Below, in pieces: positions 7,999 to 17,907 of a stretch of DNA of 64,000 nt (the first letter of the stretch is position 1; each line of letters opens with the position of its first letter). The notes under the pieces are model-generated. The model worked only from the letters and a program-made list of their open reading frames with translations, did not search any database and was not told the DNA's origin. Source of the DNA: Gemmatimonadota bacterium (GTDB taxonomy: Bacteria > Gemmatimonadota > Gemmatimonadetes > Palauibacterales > KS3-K002); assembly GCA_039586795.1 (NCBI GenBank), contig JBDHJS010000017.1:1-64000 (forward strand), given 5' to 3'. The translations under genes and the position numbers were made by a program.

Positions 7999-8820
7999 TC
8001 AAGCGTTCTCCGTTCTGCTACCCACCATGCGGATCCCGTTCATCAGTTCCTCGGTCTTCGCTCTCACCGCGCCCACGGCCGCATCGGGCGCGGAGTTTGC
8101 CGCCAGGTCGACGAACGCGCTGCCGACGATGACGCCATCGGCAACCCGGGCGACGCGACGCGCATCGTCAGCCGTCGTCACGCCGAACCCGACAGCGATG
8201 GGGAGCTCACAAACAGCACGCGCTCGTGCGACCTCTGCCTCCAGCGTTTCGCCTACGCCGCCGCTCGGCCCGGTAACGCCGCGCCGGCTGATCAGGTATA
8301 GGAACCCCGTGGATGCGGCCGCTGCGGCGGCCAGCCGCCGTTCGCTGGTGTCCGGCGCGCTCAGGCAAATCGTGTCGATTCCTGCGGCGTGAGCACGGCT
8401 CCACAACGACTCCGAATCCTCCGGCAGCAGATCGGGGACGAGGAGGCCCGCCGCGCCGGCGGCGGATGCGTCTTTGCAGAAGATTTCGGCGCCGTAGGCG
8501 AGCACGGGATTCAGCGCGGTCATCAGCACGATGGGAAGCCCGGGGTCCTTCGCCAGCTCGGGCAGGACTTCGATGATGCGGCGCGTCGTGATGCTGTTGG
8601 CCAGGGCGCGGGTGTAGGCGGCCTGGATGATCGGGCCATCGGCCAGCGGATCGCTGAACGGGATTCCGAGTTCGATGATGTCCGCGCCGCCTTCGGCGGC
8701 GGCGCGGACGAGCGCTACAGTCGTTGCAAGATCGGGGTCGCCGGCGGCGAGATAGGCGATCAGGGCTGCTCGGTTCTCGGATCTTGCGCGTTGGAACGCT
8801 GCTTGGATAGTTGCTATCAT
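7999..8820 (-). CDS. trpA: Tryptophan synthase alpha chain
   Basis: [45 protein letters not shown]. Confidence 0.95.
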   Translation of the reverse strand: MIATIQAAFQRARSENRAALIAYLAAGDPDLATTVALVRAAAEGGADIIELGIPFSDPLADGPIIQAAYTRALANSITTRRIIEVLPELAKDPGLPIVLMTALNPVLAYGAEIFCKDASAAGAAGLLVPDLLPEDSESLWSRAHAAGIDTICLSAPDTSERRLAAAAAASTGFLYLISRRGVTGPSGGVGETLEAEVARARAVCELPIAVGFGVTTADDARRVARVADGVIVGSAFVDLAANSAPDAAVGAVRAKTEELMNGIRMVGSRTENA

Positions 8821-8846
8821 CGGCCTAAGACCATCTTGGGTCGATC

Positions 8847-10007
8847 CTAATCGGCATCATCACGAACAACATCCTTGTCCCCTCGTCCCGACAGATTCAC
8901 CAGCAGGACCGATCCCGATCCAAGCTCCTGCCCCCACCTCATCGCATAGGCCAGAGCGTGGCTCGACTCCAAAGCCGGGATGATCCCTTCACTCTTGGAA
9001 AACGCCGAGTAGGCCGCCGTCGCTTCCTCATCCGTCACCGATACGTAGCGGGCGCGCCCCGTCTCCTGCAGCCAGGCGTGCTCGGGGCCAACCCCGGGGT
9101 AATCGAGACCGGCCGCGATCGAGTGCGTCGGGGCAACCTGTCCATCATCATCCTGGAGCACGAAGGAGAGGGAGCCATGGAGCACGCCGGGCGTTCCGCC
9201 GCCCAGCGATGCGGAGTGACGACCCGTCCCCAGTCCTTCGCCGGCCGCTTCCACGCCGACCATCGGGACTTCGTCATCGATGAAGGGATGGAAGAGCCCG
9301 ATGGCGTTGCTGCCACCGCCAACGCAAGCGACGAGCCCGTCCGGGAGTCGACCCAACTCTTCGAGGATCTGCTGCCGCGCCTCGCGGCCGATGACGCTCT
9401 GAAACGTCCGGACCATCGCCGGGTAGGGATGAGGCCCGACGCACGATCCGATGACGTAGTGGGTATCCCGATACGACCCCATCCAGTCGCGGATCGCCTG
9501 GCTGGTCGCGTCCTTCAGAGTCTGCGATCCGCTGTCCACCGGTATCACCTCGGTTCCCAAGAGCTCCATGCGGATGACGTTCAGGCGCTGCCGCTCCATA
9601 TCGATGCACCCCATGTAGACCTGGCAGGGGAGCCCGAGCAGCGCGGCGGCGGTCGCTGTGGCAACACCGTGCTGGCCGGCGCCGGTCTCGGCGATCAGGC
9701 GCTTCGCGCCCAGCGTTTTGGCCAGCAGAGCCTGGGCGAGTGCGTTGTTCAGCTTGTGACTGCCGGTGTGGGCGAGGTCTTCGCGCTTCAAGAAGATCGT
9801 CGCGCCGCCGGCAAGCTCGCCAAAGCGGCGGGCGCGGAAGAGGGGAGTTGGTCGTCCGACGTACGTCTTCAGGAGCTTGTCGAGCTCATCGCGGAATTCT
9901 TGGTCGCTCCAGAGGCGCTCGAAGGCGCTGGTTAGGTGGTCGAGGGCGGGGACCAGGGTTTCGGGGACATAGCGTCCCCCGTACTCGCCGAAACGGCTCG
10001 GGATCAT
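8847..10007 (-). CDS. trpB: Tryptophan synthase beta chain
   Basis: [55 protein letters not shown]. Confidence 0.97.
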   Translation of the reverse strand: MIPSRFGEYGGRYVPETLVPALDHLTSAFERLWSDQEFRDELDKLLKTYVGRPTPLFRARRFGELAGGATIFLKREDLAHTGSHKLNNALAQALLAKTLGAKRLIAETGAGQHGVATATAAALLGLPCQVYMGCIDMERQRLNVIRMELLGTEVIPVDSGSQTLKDATSQAIRDWMGSYRDTHYVIGSCVGPHPYPAMVRTFQSVIGREARQQILEELGRLPDGLVACVGGGSNAIGLFHPFIDDEVPMVGVEAAGEGLGTGRHSASLGGGTPGVLHGSLSFVLQDDDGQVAPTHSIAAGLDYPGVGPEHAWLQETGRARYVSVTDEEATAAYSAFSKSEGIIPALESSHALAYAMRWGQELGSGSVLLVNLSGRGDKDVVRDDAD

Positions 10008-10684
10008 CTTGTTAACCGGATCCTGCGGTCGGCTTCACGAACCGCCGCGACAAAGGCTTCGATCATCGACGCATCCTTCACTCCGGGTTCGGACTCCACA
10101 CCCGACGAAACATCAACACCGCCGGGCCGCAGCTGTCGGATCGCCAGGCCCACGTTATCGGGGGTCAAACCTCCGGCCACGATGACCCGGTCAAGCGGCC
10201 ACGGCAGCACGCCTGCCTTTGACCAATCGAAGGTCCGGCCGGTCCCTCCCATCTGTCCATCGAGGGGCGGCGAATCAAGGAGGAAGGCATGGGCCGGGTA
10301 GTCTTTATTGTTCTGGAGTTCGCCCTCATCCGTGACGTGAATCGCCTTGACGACGTTCGACTCCACACTGCGGGCGAGCTCGGCGGGCTCGCTCCCAGAG
10401 AGCTGGACCCAATCCAGGCGCAAGGCGGCAACCGCTTCACGGATCAGCTCGATCGGCTGGTCGGCGAAGACGCCGACGCGTCGGATATAGCCCGGCGTCG
10501 AACCAAGCACCGCTTTCGCTTGTTCCAGGTCCACCTGTCGCGGACTCTCCGCGAAAACGACGCCTAACGCGTCGGCGCCCGCCTCCATCGCTCGCGCCGC
10601 ATCCTCGGCGCGGGTCAACCCGCAAACCTTGATGCGCGTTCGTGAACTCGGCTTTGCGTGGTCCGAACCGAAATGCACGATCAT
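10004..10684 (-). CDS. trpF: Phosphoribosylanthranilate isomerase
   Basis: [34 protein letters not shown]. Confidence 0.95.
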   Translation of the reverse strand: MIVHFGSDHAKPSSRTRIKVCGLTRAEDAARAMEAGADALGVVFAESPRQVDLEQAKAVLGSTPGYIRRVGVFADQPIELIREAVAALRLDWVQLSGSEPAELARSVESNVVKAIHVTDEGELQNNKDYPAHAFLLDSPPLDGQMGGTGRTFDWSKAGVLPWPLDRVIVAGGLTPDNVGLAIRQLRPGGVDVSSGVESEPGVKDASMIEAFVAAVREADRRIRLTR

Positions 10685-11475
10685 CGCTCGACTCCCGAAA
10701 GCTCCGAGGTTCTTTTCGCACGCGCCTCCGACTCCAGTCGCAGGAGCGACTCGCCGACCAGTACGGCGTGAGCCCCGGCATCGCGGACGCGCCGTACGTC
10801 GTCCGCGCTCTTGATTCCGCTCTCGCTGACCAGCGTCACGTTGCCGGGGACTCGCTGCGCAAGACGGTCCGTAACCTCGAGATCGGTCGTCAACGTTCCC
10901 AGGTCGCGGTTGTTGATGCCGATCAACGTCGCCCCAACATCGAGCGCGCGCTCCAATTCCCTTTCATCGTGGACCTCGACCAGTGCTTCGAGCCCGACTT
11001 CTTTCGCGCTCTCGACCATCGCCTTCAACTCGAGGCGCGACAGGATGCGCGCGATCAGCAATGCGGCGGCTGCACCAGCTAGCCGGGTCTCGAAGATGCC
11101 GGCGATGTCGACGATGAAGTCTTTACGCAACGCGGGCAGCTGAACCGACTTCGCCACCGCCCGCAAATCGTCCAACGATCCGGCGAAGTCTGGCTTGTCG
11201 GTAAGAACCGATAGCGCGGCCGCCCCGTTCTCGTGATACATGAGGGCCACATCCTGGGGCCGCTCTCCTTCGGTCAGCTGGCCGGCGGACGGACTGCGCC
11301 GTTTGAATTCGGCGATCAGGGCCACGTGATCGCCTGCGCGGAGCGCCGCCTCCAGTGAACCGACTCGGTCCCGGGCCTTCGCACGCTCGCGTAGCCGGTC
11401 AAACTCTCTAGGCCGCGGAGCCTCCCGGGCCCGGAGCAACCTCACCTGTCGCGCCTTCTGGTCCAGGTATCCCAT
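10681..11475 (-). CDS. trpC: Indole-3-glycerol-phosphate synthase
   Basis: IAEFKRRSPS, LSVLTD, LRKDFI, IGINNRDL, VSESGI. Start placed at ATG 11475, just after the trpD stop. Confidence 0.95.
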   Translation of the reverse strand: MGYLDQKARQVRLLRAREAPRPREFDRLRERAKARDRVGSLEAALRAGDHVALIAEFKRRSPSAGQLTEGERPQDVALMYHENGAAALSVLTDKPDFAGSLDDLRAVAKSVQLPALRKDFIVDIAGIFETRLAGAAAALLIARILSRLELKAMVESAKEVGLEALVEVHDERELERALDVGATLIGINNRDLGTLTTDLEVTDRLAQRVPGNVTLVSESGIKSADDVRRVRDAGAHAVLVGESLLRLESEARAKRTSELSGVER

Positions 11476-11480
11476 GCCGA

Positions 11481-12575
11481 TCAGCCTTGCCCCCAACCGG
11501 GAATTCCGCCGTCGACCTTCTCCGCTTTCGCTCGTGTGCCGCCCTCCCGCTCGCGCAGCGCCTGCGAATAGCCGAGGAGCGAATCGAGTCGATGCAGTGC
11601 GGCGCCGGAATCGATGCTCTTGCGAGCCAGCTCGACGCCCTCGCGCAGATCTTCCGCGGCGGCGGCCGCGACGATCGCCGCGCCGGCGTTGAGGAGCGCG
11701 ACCTGGCGTGGTCCGCCATCCGCACCTTCGAGGACTGACCGCAGGATCCCGGCGTTGGTCGGCGCATCACCGCCACGAAGACTCTCCATGGAGCCGATGG
11801 ACAACCCGACATCCTCCGGGGCGATCGAGTATTCCTTCACCTCCGATCCGGTCCACTCGGCCACGAAGCTCGGTCCAGTGATCGTCAGCTCGTCCAGTCC
11901 ATCGCTGCCGTGCACGACCAACGCTCTGTCCACTCCGAGGTTGCCGAGGACCGCCGCCAGCTTGGGCGCCAACGCGCCATCGAAGACGCCCATGATCTGC
12001 GCCGTCGCACCCGCCGGGTTGCACAGCGGGCCCAACACGTTGAACACGGAACGCAGACCCAGCTCGCGGCGCGGGCCCGCCGCATGTCGCATCGCCGAGT
12101 GGAAGGTCGGCGCGAAAAGGAACGTCATCCCCACCTCGTCGAGGGCGCCCGCCGCCTCAGGCCCGGCCATATCGACCTGCACGCCCAGCGACTCGAGCAC
12201 ATCCGCCGAGCCCGTCTGACTGCTGATCGCCCGGTTGCCGTGCTTCGCCACCCTGCAATCGGCGCCCGCCGCGATGAAGGCCGCGGTGGTCGAGATGTTG
12301 AACGTCGACGACCCGTCACCTCCGGTCCCACAGGTGTCGAGCAGCTTCGGGTAGTTGTGCGGCACCGGCATCGCCTTGGCCCGAATCGCCTCTGCGCACC
12401 CGGTGATCTCATCCACCGTCTCGCCTTTTGCGCGCAGTCCCATCAAGAACGCGCCGATCTGAGCCTGGGTCGCTCCGCCGTCCATGATCACCTTCATCGC
12501 CATCGCTGACTGCTCCCGCGTGAGATCCTTCCTCGCAGCGAGCGCGCCGAGCACGCTTCGAAACTCGTCGCTCAT
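11481..12575 (-). CDS. trpD: Anthranilate phosphoribosyltransferase
   Basis: DTCGTGGDG, FNISTT, KHGNRAISS, GSADVLE, GSDGLDE. Confidence 0.96.
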   Translation of the reverse strand: MSDEFRSVLGALAARKDLTREQSAMAMKVIMDGGATQAQIGAFLMGLRAKGETVDEITGCAEAIRAKAMPVPHNYPKLLDTCGTGGDGSSTFNISTTAAFIAAGADCRVAKHGNRAISSQTGSADVLESLGVQVDMAGPEAAGALDEVGMTFLFAPTFHSAMRHAAGPRRELGLRSVFNVLGPLCNPAGATAQIMGVFDGALAPKLAAVLGNLGVDRALVVHGSDGLDELTITGPSFVAEWTGSEVKEYSIAPEDVGLSIGSMESLRGGDAPTNAGILRSVLEGADGGPRQVALLNAGAAIVAAAAAEDLREGVELARKSIDSGAALHRLDSLLGYSQALREREGGTRAKAEKVDGGIPGWGQG

Positions 12576-12578
12576 GAC

Positions 12579-13175
12579 CTAACCCTTTCGCCAACCTGCC
12601 GTTGGATGCGTCGCCAACCTCAAGAAGTTGGACAGGATCATCTCCCCGTCCGGCGTGAGTATAGATTCGGGATGAAACTGCACCCCCTCGAGTGGATATT
12701 CCGAATGCCTCAACCCCATCACGACGCCGTCATCGCTGCGCGCCGTGACCGTCAATTCTGAAGGCAGCGTCTCCTCAACAACGGCGAGTGAATGGTAGCG
12801 GCCCGCCTCGAACGGGTTGATCACGTTGGTGAACACACCCTTCGAGTCGTGTTCGACCTGACTCGTCTTTCCGTGCATCGGGCCGGGCGCCCGTTCGACC
12901 CGTGCGCCAAACGCTGCGGCGATGACCTGGTGCCCGAGACAGACACCGAGCACCGGACAGACCGGAGCCATCGTCCTCACTACATCGATGGAGTTGCGCG
13001 CGTCGTGGGGGCCGCACGGGCCCGGCGAAACGACGACACCCGCCGGCTCACGGGCGCGAACTCCATCCGCATCGATCGCATCGTTGCGATATACCTCGAC
13101 CTCGGCGCCCAACGCGCCCAGCATCTGGACGATGTTGTAGGTGAAGGAGTCGTAGTTATCGATCATCAGGATCAT
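12579..13175 (-). CDS. trpG: Anthranilate synthase component II (glutamine amidotransferase)
   Basis: IDNYDSFTYN, SPGPC, GVCLGHQ, RYHSL, QFHPES. Confidence 0.95.
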   Translation of the reverse strand: MILMIDNYDSFTYNIVQMLGALGAEVEVYRNDAIDADGVRAREPAGVVVSPGPCGPHDARNSIDVVRTMAPVCPVLGVCLGHQVIAAAFGARVERAPGPMHGKTSQVEHDSKGVFTNVINPFEAGRYHSLAVVEETLPSELTVTARSDDGVVMGLRHSEYPLEGVQFHPESILTPDGEMILSNFLRLATHPTAGWRKG

Positions 13176-14677
13176 TCTGTCGCTCCGGACAAGCCCAACG
13201 CCGCCATCAGCGCACGCGCCTTATCGTTCGTCTCTTCCAGCTCCTTCTCCGGCACCGAGTCCGCAACGATCCCGGCGCCCGCCTGCACGTGCGCCTTCCC
13301 GCCATGCACGATGATCGTGCGAATCGCGATGCACGTATCGAGGCTCCGTGCCCCGAACCCGACGTACCCGATCGCTCCGGCATAAGCGCCGCGGCGAACC
13401 GCCTCCAGCTCCTCGATGATCTCCATCGCTCGGATCTTCGGAGCGCCGCTCACGGTGCCCGCCGGGAAACAGGCCTCGAGGGCACCGAGCGTGTCGACGT
13501 CGTCGCGCAAGCGGCCGGTCACCGTCGAAACCAGATGCATGACGTTGCGGTAGCGCTCCACCGACATCAGGGTAGGCACGTGGACGCTGCCCGGAGCGCA
13601 GACGCGACCGAGGTCGTTGCGGCCCAGGTCGACCAGCATCACGTGCTCCGCTTTCTCCTTCGGATCGGCGCGCAACTCCTCCTCGAGCCCCGCATCCTCG
13701 TCCGGATCCTTGCCCCGTGGCCGAGTGCCGGCGATGGGACATACCTGGGCCGCATCGCCCGCTGCCCGGATGAGCATTTCGGGGCTCGCACCGACCAGCG
13801 CGACTTCCGGAAACTCGAGGAAGAACATGTAGGGGCTGGGATTCAACACGCGAAGTGCGCGGTAAAGGCGGAACGGGTCGCCGTAGATCGGAAGCGTCAG
13901 CCGTCGGCTGAGCACGACCTGGATGGCGTCGCCGGCCAGGATGTACTCCCGAGCCCGCGCCACCGCGTCGACGAATGTGGCGTCGTCGGGCGCGCGCTCG
14001 GCGCTCTTGAGCAACATGTCGGCGTCATCGGCGCTGCCCATCGTCTCGAACGGCGGCGGCGGCGCGGCGCGGCGCAAGGCGTCCGCCAGTTCTTCGACCC
14101 GGGCGATCGCGCGATGATAACCGTCCTTGCGGGGTGTGTGCGGCGGAATGACCGACACGACCATCATGCGCTGCTTCAGATGGTCGAAGATCAGCATCGT
14201 CGCGTAGCGAGCGAACAGCGCCGCGGGAAACGGAGAGGCATCGGGGAGATCGCTGGGCAGCCGTTCCAGGCTGCGCACGAAGTCGTAGCCCAGCGCGCCG
14301 ACCACGCCACCGATGAACCCCGGCAGCCCGTTTCCGGGGTGGTGGATCGGCGCGTCACCGACCAGCTGTCGCAGCGCTTGGATCGGCGTGCCTTCGTACG
14401 AGGTGACGCCGCTCTGCGTCTCCACCGTGCCGCGATCCAGATCGGCGCGCAGCACCGAGTCCGGCCCCACGCCGATGAACGAGTAGCGACCGAGGCTGCC
14501 GTCTTGCTCGGCGCTCTCGAGGAGGAAGCCGGTACCGCCGCGACGCAATTTTAGGAAGGCGGAGATCGGCGTCTCGGTGTCCGAGGGCAAGGCGCGCCAG
14601 ACCGGAATCGACGCGTCGATCGGCGCCGCGAGGACTTCCTCCAACGAAGGTTGTAGCTGCTTGTGGAACACGATCAT
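13172..14677 (-). CDS. trpE: Anthranilate synthase component I
   Basis: FLLESAE, GRYSFIG, NPSPYMF, PIAGTRPRG, EHVMLVDLGRND, PAGTVSGAPKIRAM. Start is ATG 14677 or GTG 14671; the ORF-track start at 14719 lies inside the terminator. Confidence 0.95.
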   Translation of the reverse strand: MIVFHKQLQPSLEEVLAAPIDASIPVWRALPSDTETPISAFLKLRRGGTGFLLESAEQDGSLGRYSFIGVGPDSVLRADLDRGTVETQSGVTSYEGTPIQALRQLVGDAPIHHPGNGLPGFIGGVVGALGYDFVRSLERLPSDLPDASPFPAALFARYATMLIFDHLKQRMMVVSVIPPHTPRKDGYHRAIARVEELADALRRAAPPPPFETMGSADDADMLLKSAERAPDDATFVDAVARAREYILAGDAIQVVLSRRLTLPIYGDPFRLYRALRVLNPSPYMFFLEFPEVALVGASPEMLIRAAGDAAQVCPIAGTRPRGKDPDEDAGLEEELRADPKEKAEHVMLVDLGRNDLGRVCAPGSVHVPTLMSVERYRNVMHLVSTVTGRLRDDVDTLGALEACFPAGTVSGAPKIRAMEIIEELEAVRRGAYAGAIGYVGFGARSLDTCIAIRTIIVHGGKAHVQAGAGIVADSVPEKELEETNDKARALMAALGLSGATE

Positions 14678-14690
14678 TCCTCGATCCATC

Positions 14691-14739
14691 AAAAAAGAAA
14701 GCGGGCGCGGTCCCCTCATCGGGAGAGGAGCGCGCCCGC
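14691..14739 (-). terminator. trp attenuator intrinsic terminator
   Basis: Minus strand GCGGGCGCG-CTCCTCTC-CCGAT-GAGGGGAC-CGCGCCCGC followed by TTTCTTTTTT. Confidence 0.92.
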
Positions 14740-14764
14740 CTTGGGCATTTCCGGGGTCCGTCTG

Positions 14765-14869
14765 CTAGCCTGAAGACCCCCGGATTCCGCGCACCACTCC
14801 CTGCGGCCCGGGCCACCACCAGGCCCACCAGCCGTTGCCGGAATACCGATGAGAGTGATACGTGTTCAT
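14765..14869 (-). CDS. trpL: trp operon leader peptide, 34 aa: MNTYHSHRYSGNGWWAWWWPGPQGVVRGIRGSSG
   Basis: Five TGG codons in six positions, directly upstream of the terminator and trpE. Confidence 0.92.
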   Translation of the reverse strand: MNTYHSHRYSGNGWWAWWWPGPQGVVRGIRGSSG

Positions 14870-14879
14870 GAGGCGGACC

Positions 14880-14908
14880 AAGCTAGGGCCTGAGGCTCAC
14901 GCGGTCAA
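14880..14908 (-). promoter_or_regulatory. Putative sigma70 promoter of the trp operon
   Basis: TTGACC (14908-14903), 17-nt spacer, TAGCTT (14885-14880), ending 10 nt before the trpL ATG. Confidence 0.65.
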
Positions 14909-14976
14909 GCTTTCGGTGCCGCCGCCCTTGCCAGCGGCCTGCCTTTTGCGTTAGATGATGCCGGCCCAGACAATCA

Positions 14977-15004
14977 GTGGACGGTGGACGGTAGGCGGTA
15001 GACG
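14977..15004 (+). repeat. Four tandem heptamers GTRGRCG
   Basis: GTGGACG GTGGACG GTAGGCG GTAGACG. Confidence 0.75.
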
Positions 15005-15045
15005 GTTAACCGCCGCGACCATCGAATACAGACGTTGGAGGAGCA

Positions 15046-15312
15046 GTGCCCAGGAAAGTCCGCGCTGCCAAGCGCAAATTCGACGCGCCCAGCGGGCGCA
15101 AATGGGAAGCCGAGTTCACCATGCACGCGGGCACCGACGAGCAGGCGCCCAATCTGCTGGTGATCTTTCGTGACCCGGTTCGGGGCGAACCCGACCGCTA
15201 CAACACCCTGCCGGCCGGCTCGCCGAAGATGCCCAAGGAAGCGGCGAAGGCGATCAGCGACGAAGAGCTACGGAAGCTGCTTCAACGTTCCGTGCCTCTG
15301 AATAGGACGTAG
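15046..15312 (+). CDS. Small hypothetical protein, paralog of the next gene
   Basis: GGAGGAG RBS before GTG, GC3-rich codons, RKF...WEA and SDEELRKLL motifs. Confidence 0.75.
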   Translation: MPRKVRAAKRKFDAPSGRKWEAEFTMHAGTDEQAPNLLVIFRDPVRGEPDRYNTLPAGSPKMPKEAAKAISDEELRKLLQRSVPLNRT

Positions 15313-15323
15313 GAGGCGGCGCC

Positions 15324-15560
15324 ATGCGAAAGACCTTCATGGACGACCAGTTCGACGAGTGGGAAGCCTATGTCTCGGGCGGCCAGCCCGGCGCCAAACT
15401 GGCGGCGCAGCTGATGTTCGTCTGCATTTCGACGCCGTCGCGGCAGCCACGGCAGATCGTCCACGCCAGCGGCGACCCGGCGACAGCGGAGCACGAACTG
15501 TTTCACATGGACGAAGCGGCGTTGAAAGAGCTGTTCGCCAGCGCCGAACCTCTTCCCTAG
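15324..15560 (+). CDS. Small hypothetical protein
   Basis: AGGAGG RBS, RKTFMD...WEAY and DEAALKELF motifs. Confidence 0.78.
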   Translation: MRKTFMDDQFDEWEAYVSGGQPGAKLAAQLMFVCISTPSRQPRQIVHASGDPATAEHELFHMDEAALKELFASAEPLP

Positions 15561-15576
15561 CCCAGCGCTTCGCACG

Positions 15577-16599
15577 TTGAACATCCTGATCATCGGCGGT
15601 ACCCGCTTCGTCGGCCATTACACTGCAACGGCATTACACGAGGCGGGTCACTCCGTTTCCGTCTTCACCCGGGGACGTCAACCCATCGAACTGTCTGACG
15701 GCATTCAGCACATCATCGGTGATCGCGATAACGAGGCCGACCTGGAGGCGGCAGCCTCGGCGAACGACTGGGATGTAGTGTGGGACAACATGAGCTACAC
15801 GGCCGAACAGGCGACATCGGCCGTGAAGATCTTCAAGGACCGTTGCGCTCAATTCATCCACACGAGCACACTTGCCGTTTACAGCGTCTGCGACGGAATC
15901 ATCAGTCCTTATAGAGAGGCGGACTTCGAGCACGGCCGCGAGCTTCGAGAGCGGCTGGGTACTTATCCGTACGACTACGGCATCAAGCGTCGCGAGGGCG
16001 AGCGGGTCTTGATGGATGCGCACGGGAAGTTCGGCTTCCCGTTCGTCACCGTGCGTCTTCCCGCCGTGCTGGGTCCCCGAGACTACAGCCTGCGCGCCTG
16101 GTGTTATTGGCGGCGCATCCTGGAGGATGGTCGCATCATCCTGCCGGACGGCGGTATCGAGATGCACCGGTCGGTCTACTCGGGGGATGTGGTGGATGCG
16201 ATGTTGGCGATCATTGATCGAGGAGCGGAGATCGCAGGCAACGCCTACAACATCGCCGGCACAGAGATCGTGAGCCTACGCAGGTTCGTCGAGGATTCGG
16301 CGAAAGTACTGGGCGTCGATGTGGAGATCCTGGGGATCTCCCGCGCCGCAATCGAGGCGGCGGGCATCGATGTCGACAAGCTGTCGCCGTACACGATGTG
16401 GGGGGATCATTTGGAAGCGACCGCCAAAGCGCAGCACCATCTCGACTTCAAGCCGACGCCTTCCGCAAAGTGGCTCGCCCCTACCATCGAGTGGCATCTC
16501 GAGCACCGCCGCGATGCGGAGCCGCCGGGCTGGGACCTGAGGCCAGCAGAAAAAGATCTGGCCAAGCGCTGGACGAAGTTTCTCAGCGAGCTGTCCTGA
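15577..16599 (+). CDS. NAD-dependent epimerase/dehydratase family (atypical SDR)
   Basis: ILIIGGTRFVG Rossmann motif, YGIKR, AYNIAG. Confidence 0.88.
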   Translation: MNILIIGGTRFVGHYTATALHEAGHSVSVFTRGRQPIELSDGIQHIIGDRDNEADLEAAASANDWDVVWDNMSYTAEQATSAVKIFKDRCAQFIHTSTLAVYSVCDGIISPYREADFEHGRELRERLGTYPYDYGIKRREGERVLMDAHGKFGFPFVTVRLPAVLGPRDYSLRAWCYWRRILEDGRIILPDGGIEMHRSVYSGDVVDAMLAIIDRGAEIAGNAYNIAGTEIVSLRRFVEDSAKVLGVDVEILGISRAAIEAAGIDVDKLSPYTMWGDHLEATAKAQHHLDFKPTPSAKWLAPTIEWHLEHRRDAEPPGWDLRPAEKDLAKRWTKFLSELS

Positions 16600-17476
16600 C
16601 GCTTTCGCCCTCCGAATAACCGAGCTTCCAAACACGTAGCGTCGCGCCGCCGTCCGCCAAAGTGCGTACCGAGTAAAATATCGGTCCCTCTACGCCGATG
16701 ATGCGCTCGGGGTTCTGCAAGCCCAGGGCAATGGGCGAACCGTTCAGTTGGTAAAGATCGTAGAGGTACCCACCGCCGCGACGATCCTTGAAGGCGGCGA
16801 TCAACGGTCCGCAGGCGGTTGCGAATAGACCGCGCAGCGGCCTCGAGTTGTCGTCGGACGGTCCTGCCTCGTGAACAGTCGGCGTGAGGCAAGGAAACGA
16901 ACTGACAGAACTGGCTCGAAGATCATAGATGGCGAAAGAGTCGGTGGCCGTGTGGCCGAGATACACAGTGTGCCCGGCGACGGCCGAGTATGCGCGACCT
17001 GCCCCACCCCGAGGCTCACCGTACAATGATTCCACATGATCGCCGGTCGGTGCGTAGAGGTGAATCAAGTGGCCGGAGCCACGCCCCCAACCCGCACCAA
17101 CCACCGCCAACAGACGATCATCCACGTTGCAGACCTGGAGTGGTCGATCGAGCTCCGGCAATGGGAAGCGTCTAAGCGGCCTGCCACGATCGTCGAGAAT
17201 GACTATCGCCCGTCGACCACCGTCGAGGGCCGCGACCCAACGCCCGTGAAACGACGTCAGGCTGACCGGGCGTCGGAGTCCCGTGACGCTGCGACTGAAG
17301 ACTCGAAGCAGTTGACCCTCCTGCGAGTACACGAGGAGGATGCCGGCCCGGGCGTCAGCTACCCAGAAGCGTCCCGACGGAGCGGCTAGAACATCGGTGA
17401 CGGTGATGCGACCGCGGTAGAGTTGCAGCGGGATCGTTCGTATCGCGGTGAACGTCGCACCGAATGTATACCGCAC
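16583..17476 (-). CDS. Beta-propeller (NHL/6-bladed-like) hypothetical protein
   Basis: APSGRFWVAD, VYSQEGQLLR, ILDDRGRPLRR, LYAPTGDHV, LYQLNG blade-like repeats. Start uncertain. Confidence 0.6.
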   Translation of the reverse strand: MRYTFGATFTAIRTIPLQLYRGRITVTDVLAAPSGRFWVADARAGILLVYSQEGQLLRVFSRSVTGLRRPVSLTSFHGRWVAALDGGRRAIVILDDRGRPLRRFPLPELDRPLQVCNVDDRLLAVVGAGWGRGSGHLIHLYAPTGDHVESLYGEPRGGAGRAYSAVAGHTVYLGHTATDSFAIYDLRASSVSSFPCLTPTVHEAGPSDDNSRPLRGLFATACGPLIAAFKDRRGGGYLYDLYQLNGSPIALGLQNPERIIGVEGPIFYSVRTLADGGATLRVWKLGYSEGESVRTAR

Positions 17477-17907
17477 CGTCGGGCAGCCTTCCGCAGGCGC
17501 CGGTCTACCGGTGTCGCGGCCGGGTCGGGCTACGTTGATCTCACGTTTATCGACCGCTCTTCCTCCAGGCTTCGCGAGCGACTGTAGGACCGAGTACGCG
17601 CATATTCACATGTTTCCGCTCAATTGTGGCATCTGGACCTCAACAGATCATCAAGAGAGTCCGTTTCGATGGTCCGCCTACGAACGGAACGCCAGGCTTC
17701 GACACATTTTGCCGAATGTCCGGAGGTCACAGGAGCGCCGCCCGCCCGAGGCCGAAATCGGTATCGTTCAACTGGACATAGGGTTACGCCGAAGACCGGG
17801 TGGCGTAGAGACACCGGTGGCCAGATATTTGCCATGCAGGCAATAGCCTCCCCGCTCGTGTTTCTCTATCATCTGTGTGGCCCGAGGGGTTTGGTCTGAC
17901 AGAGAAG

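Noticed and set aside
13289..14554. 421-aa plus-strand ORF
   Set aside because: Antisense shadow of trpE, typical of high-GC codon usage.
14678..14719. ORF-track N-terminal extension of TrpE
   Set aside because: It runs through the attenuator hairpin and U tract; the RBS-like GAGGA lies downstream.
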